IMG/VR virus record: IMGVR_UViG_3300049893_001613
Span: 1-64,000 of that record
Direction: 5' to 3' (one strand)
Origin: a virus
Length of the DNA stretch: 64,000 nt
In this document: in pieces, positions 7,734 to 15,697 of the stretch
Position numbering within the stretch: position 1 is the first letter of the stretch
Layout: every line of letters begins with the position of its first letter
The notes under the pieces: model-generated
Databases searched by the model: none
Told to the model about the DNA's origin: nothing
What the model saw: the letters and a program-made list of their open reading frames with translations, nothing else
Position numbers and translations under genes: made by a program

Positions 7734-9410
7734 TTAGATTTCAATAGTATTCATTATCTCCTGGTTCATAGCAGCTTCGAATAACTCCACATCTGTTTGT
7801 GGTACTTTATCCTGGCCTTGAACTCCAGTAAGAAATGCAATGGTTGAACCATCATATCCGCTAAAATAGTAGACATTCTTGGTTTCACCATATGTTTCGA
7901 ATTTCTCCCCGGTACCACGACCGTAGTAGTTACTCTGTAAATTCCATAAGATAATTTTGAAGTTACTTATGTAATCTTTAGAGAACCCGGCACTGCGTAA
8001 TGTACTGTAAGCTGTCTCCACATTAGTTTTACCTAATGATGTTGGATTAAACTCACTGTCACTGATACACAGTATACCAGTAGGGAATTGTTCTTCAGGT
8101 ACACCCGTTGATTTGATTCTTGCAAATAACCGGATAACTGATTGGAAATCTGTTCCTCCAATATAACTTGAGCGGTCATTAGTCCACTTTTCCCACGGTG
8201 TTGAACCTTTCCACTGATGCATTTTAGCATCACTGTTAAATTCAATCCATGATGAAGCAAAATAACCATCAGGTAACATTTCAGAAAAGAATAATGCGAG
8301 AGCTTTACCAATCTCATAACATGATTGCTTGGTACCAATAGCTGTTGAACTCATTGAAGCTGATGTATCACGCACAACAATTAATGATGTACCTGTTACT
8401 GCATTCTTCTTTGCTGTTTCTACCAGGCCCTTGAACTGTGCATTGATTGTATCAATCTGATACTTCTTGCTGGGTTTAGTAGCAAACAATTCATGTACAT
8501 AACCGGTGAATTTAGCAATAGGTTTAGAGGCTATCCACTCTTCATATTTCTTCTCTAATCCATTGTTAGCCAGGAACTTACCTGATACTAACTGACTTAA
8601 AGCACGTCCATGTACAGTAGAGAAATCAATCTCAAGTAATTTCTTCTTTGAGATTAACTGCTGCCATACGTGAGCTGTACCACTTGATTTCAACTGGCGG
8701 TATTGCTTGTAAGTCGAAGAGGTTTGTTTGTTTCCAAACAACTGAGAACATAACCACTTGGCAATAACATTATCAGCCTGGGCTTCTAACGTTCTGCATT
8801 TACTGTTAGCACGTAACTGTGGTAAATATTTACGTACTAAGTGAGTTGTTTTAGGATTCTCCAATCCAGCAAGTATTACCTTTGAGAATTCATCCCAGTG
8901 TAATTGTCTGCCTTCCCATCCATTGTACTGCAGATCATATGACAGCATTTGGATAACATCTTTCCATGATCCTACGGATATGAATAATTCAATGTTCTTC
9001 CAGAATGTCTGTGGGTGATTAACAGCCAGCCATACCATGCGGGTAATACCTTCATGTCTTAAGCCAGCACCACGTTGTACAGTAGTAGTCTTACTTCCAT
9101 TAAAGAATGACACGACCCTTGTGATAAGGCGTATAAACAATATGAAAGCAACAGTCATCCGGGGATTTATCGCCCATAATGTGGACGTGTCCGTAGCGAT
9201 ATCAGAATAATTCCTTGGTTGTTTGTACAATCCAAGTTTAGAGAACTGATCAACAAAAGCATTTCCGGTTGTACTGAACTTCTCGGCACCATTACCACTA
9301 AGGGTACGTGCTGCATTCTTTAGTCCTGCATTAACAAAAGCATTAGGGGTAACAACAGATGTCGCTGAGTTTCCATTTTCAAATAGAGATTTTTGTTTGC
9401 GGTCAAACAT
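7734..9410 (-). CDS. DUF2828-family protein (Ro60/TROVE-like helical domain plus C-terminal vWA)
   Basis: NGAEKFSTTGNAFVDQF, RGAGLR, GSWKD, vWA MIDAS DTSASMS, GGTDFQSV, ISDSEFN, IILWNL, FSGY; ~560 aa like Ro60/Rsr. Confidence 0.85.
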   Translation of the reverse strand: MFDRKQKSLFENGNSATSVVTPNAFVNAGLKNAARTLSGNGAEKFSTTGNAFVDQFSKLGLYKQPRNYSDIATDTSTLWAINPRMTVAFILFIRLITRVVSFFNGSKTTTVQRGAGLRHEGITRMVWLAVNHPQTFWKNIELFISVGSWKDVIQMLSYDLQYNGWEGRQLHWDEFSKVILAGLENPKTTHLVRKYLPQLRANSKCRTLEAQADNVIAKWLCSQLFGNKQTSSTYKQYRQLKSSGTAHVWQQLISKKKLLEIDFSTVHGRALSQLVSGKFLANNGLEKKYEEWIASKPIAKFTGYVHELFATKPSKKYQIDTINAQFKGLVETAKKNAVTGTSLIVVRDTSASMSSTAIGTKQSCYEIGKALALFFSEMLPDGYFASSWIEFNSDAKMHQWKGSTPWEKWTNDRSSYIGGTDFQSVIRLFARIKSTGVPEEQFPTGILCISDSEFNPTSLGKTNVETAYSTLRSAGFSKDYISNFKIILWNLQSNYYGRGTGEKFETYGETKNVYYFSGYDGSTIAFLTGVQGQDKVPQTDVELFEAAMNQEIMNTIEI

Positions 9411-9421
9411 CTTATTAGGGT

Positions 9422-9679
9422 TTAGTTTGTTATTTTTACTTCTTGATCATCGTATGTCAACTCATATGTAGAGTTGAGTGTTTTGAAGACAATCTTATTG
9501 CCTTCTTCTTTTACTATCTCGGTGACGTTAGATGTGTACAATCCTGCAATTATACATGACTCTCCTACTATAGGAGGATTAAGAACTAAGCCTTGTTTAG
9601 CATAGCCTTCATATATACCATTGGGATGTTTACCTTCAAACTTATCATCAGACAGCTTTCTTAGTGTTGCTGTTTTCAT
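9422..9679 (-). CDS. Hypothetical protein
   Basis: 85 aa; ends with the FKTLNSTYEL motif common in small phage proteins. Confidence 0.7.
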   Translation of the reverse strand: MKTATLRKLSDDKFEGKHPNGIYEGYAKQGLVLNPPIVGESCIIAGLYTSNVTEIVKEEGNKIVFKTLNSTYELTYDDQEVKITN

Positions 9680-9685
9680 AGAGTT

Positions 9686-9720
9686 TAAATAAGAAAGGGG
9701 AGCGATGACTCTCCCCTTTC
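9686..9720 (-). terminator. Intrinsic terminator
   Basis: GAAAGGGGAG/CTCCCCTTTC 10-bp stem, then UUAUUU on the minus strand. Confidence 0.65.
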
Positions 9721-9859
9721 AAGAAAGGAGGCGTAGGCATTACGTAGTCTACGTTCGCAAGCGAACACGGCTTGTTCATTGAAAAACAAGTAAAAGTGTT
9801 AAAGAGATGCAACAATAGCCGAACTGGGCCAGGCCCAATGACGACCACAACCAAATACT

Positions 9860-10156
9860 TCAGACATGTTTCCCTCGTGTTGGGCTACTATGTATGTGTG
9901 GTTGTTGTAAATGAACTTCATTCCGTGGCGCATTGAGTACAACGGCCGTTTGGTTGTTTTTTCCATTAATAGTTATTTTGAAAAACGTTTTTGGTGCCCA
10001 TTTCTGAGTCTCTAATTTCTTTTTGAGACCCATACATTTAGAATAGGGCTGATTCCACATATGTGTTTCCACATGGTGATAGAAATCTCTGTCACCATCA
10101 TACTCCCAGCGTTGTAAATCCCACTGGCTGCCTTGAGGATGTGACTGTTGTGTCAT
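9860..10156 (-). CDS. Hypothetical protein
   Basis: Tightly packed minus-strand ORF. Confidence 0.65.
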   Translation of the reverse strand: MTQQSHPQGSQWDLQRWEYDGDRDFYHHVETHMWNQPYSKCMGLKKKLETQKWAPKTFFKITINGKNNQTAVVLNAPRNEVHLQQPHIHSSPTRGKHV

Positions 10157-10158
10157 GA

Positions 10159-10422
10159 TTAGAATTCTGTTAACTGAGCATCGGGTATTACCTCCCAGTT
10201 AAGAACATCACGCCTGTCTTGAGGATAAGCAGCGATTAACTGTCTGTTACCAGAACCTGGAGGATCAGGACTAATGAACAGACCACGACCATTAGCATGG
10301 AGCATTACAATCCAACCTTCTTTAAGTTGTTTAGATCCTAATTGCTCAACATTATCCGGTATCTTTACTCGGACCTGAAGGGCTTTATCATTACCCTCTT
10401 TCATTACTTCTTCTAGTGTCAT
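10159..10422 (-). CDS. Hypothetical protein
   Basis: Start/stop overlap with neighbour (ATGA). Confidence 0.7.
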   Translation of the reverse strand: MTLEEVMKEGNDKALQVRVKIPDNVEQLGSKQLKEGWIVMLHANGRGLFISPDPPGSGNRQLIAAYPQDRRDVLNWEVIPDAQLTEF

Positions 10423-10664
10423 TGGTTTACTAATTCAAATTCAACATCTACAGTTTCTTCAATAGGATCTGGCTCCGGTAACTCTATAAAGAGTGATACG
10501 TGTGCATGTACAGTTGATGGAAAACCTTTTAGTATCCACCATTTGTCAATACCATTTAAAGCAAGACCAATGGATATAGAAGATACCGGTTCATAGATTT
10601 CATTCTTGATAACTTTGCAATTAGCCGTTGCACATGCAACAGTTTCAATACATAGTAATTTCAT
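10419..10664 (-). CDS. Hypothetical protein
   Basis: Tightly packed minus-strand ORF. Confidence 0.65.
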   Translation of the reverse strand: MKLLCIETVACATANCKVIKNEIYEPVSSISIGLALNGIDKWWILKGFPSTVHAHVSLFIELPEPDPIEETVDVEFELVNQ

Positions 10665-10671
10665 AGCTTTA

Positions 10672-11355
10672 TTAATTTATTTTACGTTTTTGTTCAAACC
10701 ATCTCCTTGTATCACTTGCAGTTAACCTAATTTCAATTGGGTATTGCATTCTATAATCATCCAATATATCAATAACTTCTTCTCTTGTATACATCTTCTC
10801 TTCAACCTTATGAAGTGTAATGTGATTAGAAGAGTTGAGTTTGATATAATTTATCCATCTAATATCCTGTCTTGTAACACCACCATTAGAACCTGATCTT
10901 GTTCCTTTAAATCCATTAGGTTGTGGATCACACTCAACCAACACCTTATCTCCATCTTTCAACTTACCATCTACAACCATTTGTAATTGTTCTGGTGAGA
11001 AGTGTTCTGGTAGTGCTAGGATTTTAGAATAACCATGACTAATTCCAAATACAATAGTTCTGAATACATGATTATAGTACCAACATTCTTCACCTTTTGT
11101 TACCTCTGTTTCTGAAATGATGATTGGTTTATAATAAGTAATTGGTAATATAGCCTTACTAATATTAAATTGTTCAATACTTGGAATATTAGGTGCTCCA
11201 GGAACAATATTAAACTTACCATTACCTTCTTGAGCAAGTATACCACCAATATTTTTAACCAATACCAACTTACCTTCTGCTACCATAACATCAGGATAAA
11301 TGTCATCAAGTTTTGATATTCTATGTTGTTTTGTATGTTCTACTTTGATTTGCAT
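10672..11355 (-). CDS. Hypothetical protein
   Basis: Long ORF; start set at MQIKV after an A-rich leader; C-terminal MYTREEV motif. Confidence 0.7.
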   Translation of the reverse strand: MQIKVEHTKQHRISKLDDIYPDVMVAEGKLVLVKNIGGILAQEGNGKFNIVPGAPNIPSIEQFNISKAILPITYYKPIIISETEVTKGEECWYYNHVFRTIVFGISHGYSKILALPEHFSPEQLQMVVDGKLKDGDKVLVECDPQPNGFKGTRSGSNGGVTRQDIRWINYIKLNSSNHITLHKVEEKMYTREEVIDILDDYRMQYPIEIRLTASDTRRWFEQKRKIN

Positions 11356-11740
11356 AACTTTGTTGTTTATAAGACAACCACTCTGCATTCAGGACTTTCC
11401 TGCTCAGCCTTGTGAACTGAGTTATGATGCATTTATTGTCGCTGGTTTGTACGAGGCACGTGAATACCCCCGTACAACATCCAGCCTAGGTACATTCTGT
11501 ACCACTATCACATTTACTGTCTTAAACATGAAAAAGCCACCCAACTTAGGTGATAGCAACCCATTTACAATAGATCGAGCGTCCTCGATCTCTTCCAGGT
11601 CACAGGAAGCATCCTTACGGATTGTAGGTGTGGCATCTCACCACTTTGCACTTATAAATCATACCCATCTAAATATGACCTTTAACCCTATGGTGTGTCT
11701 GGGCTAAGTGTGAATGTTCATAAACTTAGTTTAAGTAGTG

Positions 11741-11839
11741 TTATACTCTGTACAGGAATATGTATCCAATAAAGGATATAAACCATAATCCCAGTATTAT
11801 AATCAGAGTCCAAACCATAAATTTTTCAGGTTGTTTCAT
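11741..11839 (-). CDS. Small membrane peptide (32 aa)
   Basis: Not in track; MKQPEKFMVWTLIIILGLWFISFIGYIFLYRV. Confidence 0.5.
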   Translation of the reverse strand: MKQPEKFMVWTLIIILGLWFISFIGYIFLYRV

Positions 11840-11908
11840 AATGACATAAGCAACAGCCTATCTTCCACATGGGCTACATTGGTTGAATCGGCTGTTGCGT
11901 TAAGATTG

Positions 11909-12247
11909 TTAGTTATCTTGATTTAAAGAGTTAATAAAGCCTCTCATTGCAAGAGTGCGTTTGAGTTCTATTCCTCTTTCAGGCTCAGCTATCTGTTCAA
12001 TAAAGCCAAGGTATTCACCGGCTTTAAATGAGATAAACACCAGTTCCTCAGGTGTTTGTGCCTGCTTTGAGATTGCCTGAAACAGTTCTACCTGGTCTTT
12101 GGCAATAGGATTACCAGGTGTTAAACATTCAATTACGTATTCCATGAGCTCATCAGCCCTTTCTTTGGTGATGTTCAATGGTTCGAAATAATTCTCAGTC
12201 TTTTCCAAGGCTTCCTTGTTGACTGTAATCTGGAAAGGTGCGTCCAT
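11909..12247 (-). CDS. Hypothetical protein
   Basis: 112-aa ORF with A-rich leader. Confidence 0.7.
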   Translation of the reverse strand: MDAPFQITVNKEALEKTENYFEPLNITKERADELMEYVIECLTPGNPIAKDQVELFQAISKQAQTPEELVFISFKAGEYLGFIEQIAEPERGIELKRTLAMRGFINSLNQDN

Positions 12248-12446
12248 TTGTTAATGCGGTTGATTGAGTTGTTAGTTTATTGTTAATTTGAGTGTAAAGC
12301 GTGATTGGGTAATTGAGCTGTAATTTGGGTGTTATTTGATGAACAGCTTAATAGATTGATAAACTATTTGAGTATTGGAGAATAGTGTGATTGAAGGAGA
12401 ATAGCCAGTGTGTGGTCTGGCTATCTCCCTCTATCTGCAACTGACA

Positions 12447-12704
12447 TTAACCATTATCTTTTGCTCTTTCAGGATCAACATACTTGGCAAATACGTCCAT
12501 AGTTCTGACCTTGTTCAAAAGGTTTTCAACTCCGCCATTGTGTTTGATTACATCTTTCATGAGCATGATATGACAAGCTCCAAGTAATTGAGCATAGTTA
12601 TTCTCAGTTGGATCAGCATTATACAGGTTTATCTTCTCCTGTAATTGTTCAACAAGGAATTCCTCCGGGAATATTGTTGCAATACGCATCATTAATTCTT
12701 CCAT
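12447..12704 (-). CDS. Hypothetical protein
   Basis: 85-aa ORF followed by a hairpin at ~12393-12431. Confidence 0.7.
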   Translation of the reverse strand: MEELMMRIATIFPEEFLVEQLQEKINLYNADPTENNYAQLLGACHIMLMKDVIKHNGGVENLLNKVRTMDVFAKYVDPERAKDNG

Positions 12705-12763
12705 ATTGTTATAGTTTAGTTGAGACTATAGAATGGCTGGACTATTGGTTGAGAGCGAAAGGG

Positions 12764-12787
12764 AAGAGAAAGGGCTTTCGCCCTCTC
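12764..12787 (-). terminator. Intrinsic terminator
   Basis: GAGAGGGC-GAAA-GCCCUUUC then a pyrimidine run, right after the stop at 12789. Confidence 0.65.
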
Positions 12788-12788
12788 A

Positions 12789-13082
12789 CTAAGCTGTGTG
12801 CTCAATGGTTTTCTCTTCAGTAGCTGGTGTTGCAGGTTCGTTGGCGAACACAACAGTCACGTCATAGAAGCCGTTCAAACGGTTCTGCACTTCACCGAGT
12901 TTCACTCCAATCTCGCCTGTGGCAAGCATTTGCAGTTTAGCCTCGTTTTCAGCGTCTGTGCCGTTCTCGATTTCGAGCATTCCTACCTTCTCGCTTACTT
13001 TGAAGCCCTGTTTCCACACGGGTTCAGAACAGCGAATGTAGCGTTTTCCACCGCTACTAAGTTTTGACAATGAATAATCCAT
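12789..13082 (-). CDS. Hypothetical early protein
   Basis: 97 aa, biased codon usage, own terminator. Confidence 0.75.
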   Translation of the reverse strand: MDYSLSKLSSGGKRYIRCSEPVWKQGFKVSEKVGMLEIENGTDAENEAKLQMLATGEIGVKLGEVQNRLNGFYDVTVVFANEPATPATEEKTIEHTA

Positions 13083-13192
13083 AACATTTTAATTTAAGTA
13101 CAAAAATAAGAGAAAGTTATAATGAGCGTTATGAACGAGTATATAAGCGTGATGATAGAATATCAAACTTGGAAAGAATAGAAAGAGAGCTG

Positions 13193-13453
13193 TTAACTCT
13201 CTCCAATAACACTTGCAATGTCTTCAATAGTATGCTCAAACCCGAACACACGACCTGCAGAGTAGAAATCAAGATGAACACTGTTTTCCTGCTTTGTGAA
13301 TGCCATGCAGTAAGACCTGTAAGGACCTGAAGTAATAACAATTGTTTTCTTCATTCCAATACCTTTATCCTGATTCAACTTGATGGCTGATTGTACACGT
13401 TGTTCAAACACACCATCATAATCCTGTTCAACAATAACATTTGGTTGCTCCAT
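13193..13453 (-). CDS. Hypothetical early protein
   Basis: Start set at MEQPNV within the 13193..13543 ORF. Confidence 0.65.
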   Translation of the reverse strand: MEQPNVIVEQDYDGVFEQRVQSAIKLNQDKGIGMKKTIVITSGPYRSYCMAFTKQENSVHLDFYSAGRVFGFEHTIEDIASVIGES

Positions 13454-13546
13454 AACTTTGGGTTTAATGTCCAATACCAAGAGAGTGTTATAATGAACGA
13501 GAGAGCGAAGAGTTGTAATCTGCTCATGCAGACCACAACCCAATGA

Positions 13547-13648
13547 CTAATAGATGCTCATGTGCAAATCCATTGCTCGTGACACAATGAACAAACACAC
13601 GAAGACACCAATAACAATTGTCCAGGCGATAAAATTTTGCTTTCTCAT
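13547..13648 (-). CDS. Small membrane peptide (33 aa), first minus-strand gene
   Basis: Not in track; MRKQNFIAWTIVIGVFVCLFIVSRAMDLHMSIY after an A-rich leader. Confidence 0.55.
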   Translation of the reverse strand: MRKQNFIAWTIVIGVFVCLFIVSRAMDLHMSIY

Positions 13649-13792
13649 GTTTTTTGGGATTTAGGTTAAACATTGACGGGGGTGTTCGACTCCCACCAAA
13701 ACCAGGGGGAGGTTTTTGATAGCGGGTCCCACCCTCTATTCTCATGTCTATTTTTCTGATACCCAAAGCGTTACAATTTTTAACGATTTCTC

Positions 13793-13823
13793 TTGCATCA
13801 TTCAACCCTTTTTCTCACCTTTG
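13793..13823 (+). promoter_or_regulatory. Bacteroidota sigma-A-type promoter (-33/-7)
   Basis: TTGC...CACCTTTG, close to the TTTG/TAnnTTTG consensus, at the start of the plus-strand arm. Confidence 0.55.
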
Positions 13824-14120
13824 CACCTGACACTGCCTGACAAGCAGACGGGTTAGATGGAGCGAAGGAAATAGCTAAAAAACCCCAGAAGTCGGTTTGT
13901 ATGAAGTACCCCTCGAGGAGAAAAAGAGATTCACCGATAGTGTCGAAACTGGTCACTATATAAAAACAGGACCTGGCCGCTAGTTGATTCAATAGCAAAT
14001 AGGGAAGAGCCGGGTAGCTTAAATGCGTAAAGGGACAACCAGCCTGTTTGAAAGTACTGACTTATCCTTGCCCGTGATGTAAAAGTCATGCTTAGGGGTT
14101 CCCCTTATCTGATCGAAACT

Positions 14121-14297
14121 ATGAAAACGCTAGTAACTAAAGAAACCAAGCAGGAAAACATACAGTGTACAGCCTGCTTCTCCTGGTTCAAACCGGGACA
14201 AACAATACGATTTAAACGCCCTCACTACAGACTTAAGGTTTACAGAAGTTTAGATGGGTGCCAGTGCCCTAAGTGTGGCCATTTGATAAAACAATGA
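14121..14297 (+). CDS. Small zinc-ribbon protein
   Basis: CTAC and CPKC pairs; start set at MKTLV. Confidence 0.6.
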   Translation: MKTLVTKETKQENIQCTACFSWFKPGQTIRFKRPHYRLKVYRSLDGCQCPKCGHLIKQ

Positions 14298-14311
14298 GGA
14301 GGATATGAAGG

Positions 14312-14767
14312 ATGAAAACAAATATAGAAATCACTAAGTTCAGGTTTCCTGTATTTAAGTCTTACATATCCGTAGTAGTCTCAAACAACATTCCCAATGC
14401 CATTGATTTCATGGAGGATAAGATGCCCCATAAGATCCATGACCCGGATACAAAGAAGTTTACCCGGGCTTACATGTATGCCTATGAGGATGAACTGAAC
14501 AAAAGGAAGTACTTGCTATTCCTCAGACCTTCAGCCAAGCCTGGGGAGATAGCCCACGAAGTTAAACACCTGATTAACATCATGTTCAAGTGGCATGGAT
14601 ACCGGTTAAGCATCGATAACGATGAGCTGGAGTGCTACTACCTGGAAGATATCGTGGACCGCGTGCATTCTGCTATCCTCCGCTACAAGAAAAAATACAG
14701 TAAGCCCAAAAAAATAATCAGTAAAAAGCTTGACATTCCGGAAGAAACACCTATATTTGCACCATGA
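14312..14767 (+). CDS. Putative zincin-like metallopeptidase
   Basis: IAHEVKH (HExxH) with downstream NDELECY. Confidence 0.7.
   Translation: MKTNIEITKFRFPVFKSYISVVVSNNIPNAIDFMEDKMPHKIHDPDTKKFTRAYMYAYEDELNKRKYLLFLRPSAKPGEIAHEVKHLINIMFKWHGYRLSIDNDELECYYLEDIVDRVHSAILRYKKKYSKPKKIISKKLDIPEETPIFAP
14730..14759 (+). promoter_or_regulatory. Sigma-A-type promoter of tRNA block 1
   Basis: TTGA-N18-TATATTTG; predicted start near 14764. Confidence 0.75.
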
Positions 14768-14853
14768 TAACATTAACACTATCCCCCTTATCGCAGCAGC
14801 GCTATCTCAGTCATACTGGGAAAGAGGGGAGTACTGTGTTTAAAGATAATTAA
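14764..14853 (+). CDS. Leader peptide 1 (29 aa) of putative tRNA attenuator
   Basis: MITLTLSPLSQQRYLSHTGKEGSTVFKDN; codons 6-17 use only L,S,P,Q,R,Y,H, the amino acids of the nine downstream tRNAs. Confidence 0.8.
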   Translation: MITLTLSPLSQQRYLSHTGKEGSTVFKDN

Positions 14854-14889
14854 AGCCTTGTCAGGTTAATTTTTAAGTTAAACGTAAAG

Positions 14890-14915
14890 ACCCCTCCTAA
14901 ACCGAGGGGTTTTTT
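14890..14915 (+). terminator. Attenuator terminator 1
   Basis: ACCCCTC/GAGGGGT plus T run just before tRNA-Pro; 5' arm can pair alternatively with GAGGGG at 14824-14829. Confidence 0.85.
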
Positions 14916-14920
14916 ATTTT

Positions 14921-14993
14921 CTGGGTATATATCAATTGGTAGATTTCGTGCTTTGGGAGCATGAGGCTGGAGGTTCAAGTCCTTCTATCCAGA
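14921..14993 (+). tRNA. tRNA-Pro(TGG)
   Basis: Cloverleaf; loop TTTGGGA; T loop TTCAAGT. Confidence 0.9.
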
Positions 14994-14995
14994 CT

Positions 14996-15067
14996 GTCAA
15001 CATGGTGTAATGGTTAGCACCTAAGATTTTGGCTCTTAGAGTTAGGGTTCGAGTCCCTGTGTTGATA
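14996..15067 (+). tRNA. tRNA-Gln(TTG)
   Basis: Cloverleaf; loop TTTTGGC; TTCGAGT. Confidence 0.9.
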
Positions 15068-15069
15068 CT

Positions 15070-15143
15070 GTGTCTGTAGCTTAATGGCAGAGTCAAGGGT
15101 TGTGGTCCCTTTCGTGACGGTTCGACTCCGTTCAGACACCCCA
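15070..15143 (+). tRNA. tRNA-His(GTG)
   Basis: Cloverleaf; loop TTGTGGT; C73 plus encoded CCA. Confidence 0.9.
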
Positions 15144-15144
15144 T

Positions 15145-15216
15145 CTTCCTTTCGTTTAACTGGAAGGACGCAGCGCTACGAACGCTGTAATCCGGGTTCG
15201 AATCCTGGAGGGAAGA
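15145..15216 (+). tRNA. tRNA-Arg(ACG)
   Basis: Cloverleaf; loop CTACGAA. Confidence 0.92.
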
Positions 15217-15223
15217 CTTTAAT

Positions 15224-15299
15224 GCCCTTGTGGTCAAATTGGAAAAGGCGCCTGACTTAGGATCAGGAGATTTTGCAGGTTCGAAGCCTGCCAGGGGTA
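15224..15299 (+). tRNA. tRNA-Leu(TAG), short variable region
   Basis: Cloverleaf; loop CTTAGGA. Confidence 0.9.
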
Positions 15300-15303
15300 C
15301 AAT

Positions 15304-15376
15304 GCCGTCATGATGGAATGGAATACGTGTCAGACTTAAAATCTGAATTTTGCTGGTTCGAGTCCAGCTGGCGGTA
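15304..15376 (+). tRNA. tRNA-Leu(TAA), short variable region
   Basis: Cloverleaf; loop CTTAAAA. Confidence 0.9.
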
Positions 15377-15382
15377 CAATAC

Positions 15383-15467
15383 GGATGGAGTCCGGCATGG
15401 ACGAGGAAACGGTCTTGAAAACCGCTGGCCCTAACACGGTTCGTGAGTTCGATTCTCACTCCCTCCG
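15383..15467 (+). tRNA. tRNA-Ser(TGA)
   Basis: Loop CTTGAAA, long variable arm, G73. Confidence 0.9.
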
Positions 15468-15473
15468 CTAAAC

Positions 15474-15558
15474 AGAGAGTTAACCTACCAGGGTAGGCAA
15501 GCACTGCTAACGCTTTGGCTCGGGGTATCCGGGTGTGGGTCGCGACCACAGCTCTCTG
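15474..15558 (+). tRNA. tRNA-Ser(GCT), atypical T loop
   Basis: Acceptor AGAGAGT/GCTCTCT, loop CTGCTAA, long variable arm, G73; T loop GTCGCGA. Confidence 0.75.
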
Positions 15559-15563
15559 CATAT

Positions 15564-15635
15564 GCTTCAACACCCAGGGCAGGTGGGACGGTCTGTAAAA
15601 CCGAACCCCATGTAGTTCGAGTCTACTCTGAGGCA
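15564..15635 (+). tRNA. tRNA-Tyr(GTA), atypical
   Basis: CGGT-CTGTAAA-ACCG; GTAG-TTCGAGT-CTAC; short variable region. Confidence 0.75.
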
Positions 15636-15658
15636 CAAAAAATAAAGTTGTAAAAAGA

Positions 15659-15690
15659 TTTGGAAGTTTCAACTATCCTCCTCATCTTTG
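15659..15690 (+). promoter_or_regulatory. Sigma-A-type promoter of tRNA blocks 2/3
   Basis: TTTG-N20-CATCTTTG. Confidence 0.65.
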
Positions 15691-15697
15691 TATCCCT

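Noticed and set aside
7417-7737. 106-aa plus-strand ORF
   Set aside because: Antisense to the RNA array in a minus-strand region; no protein-like features.
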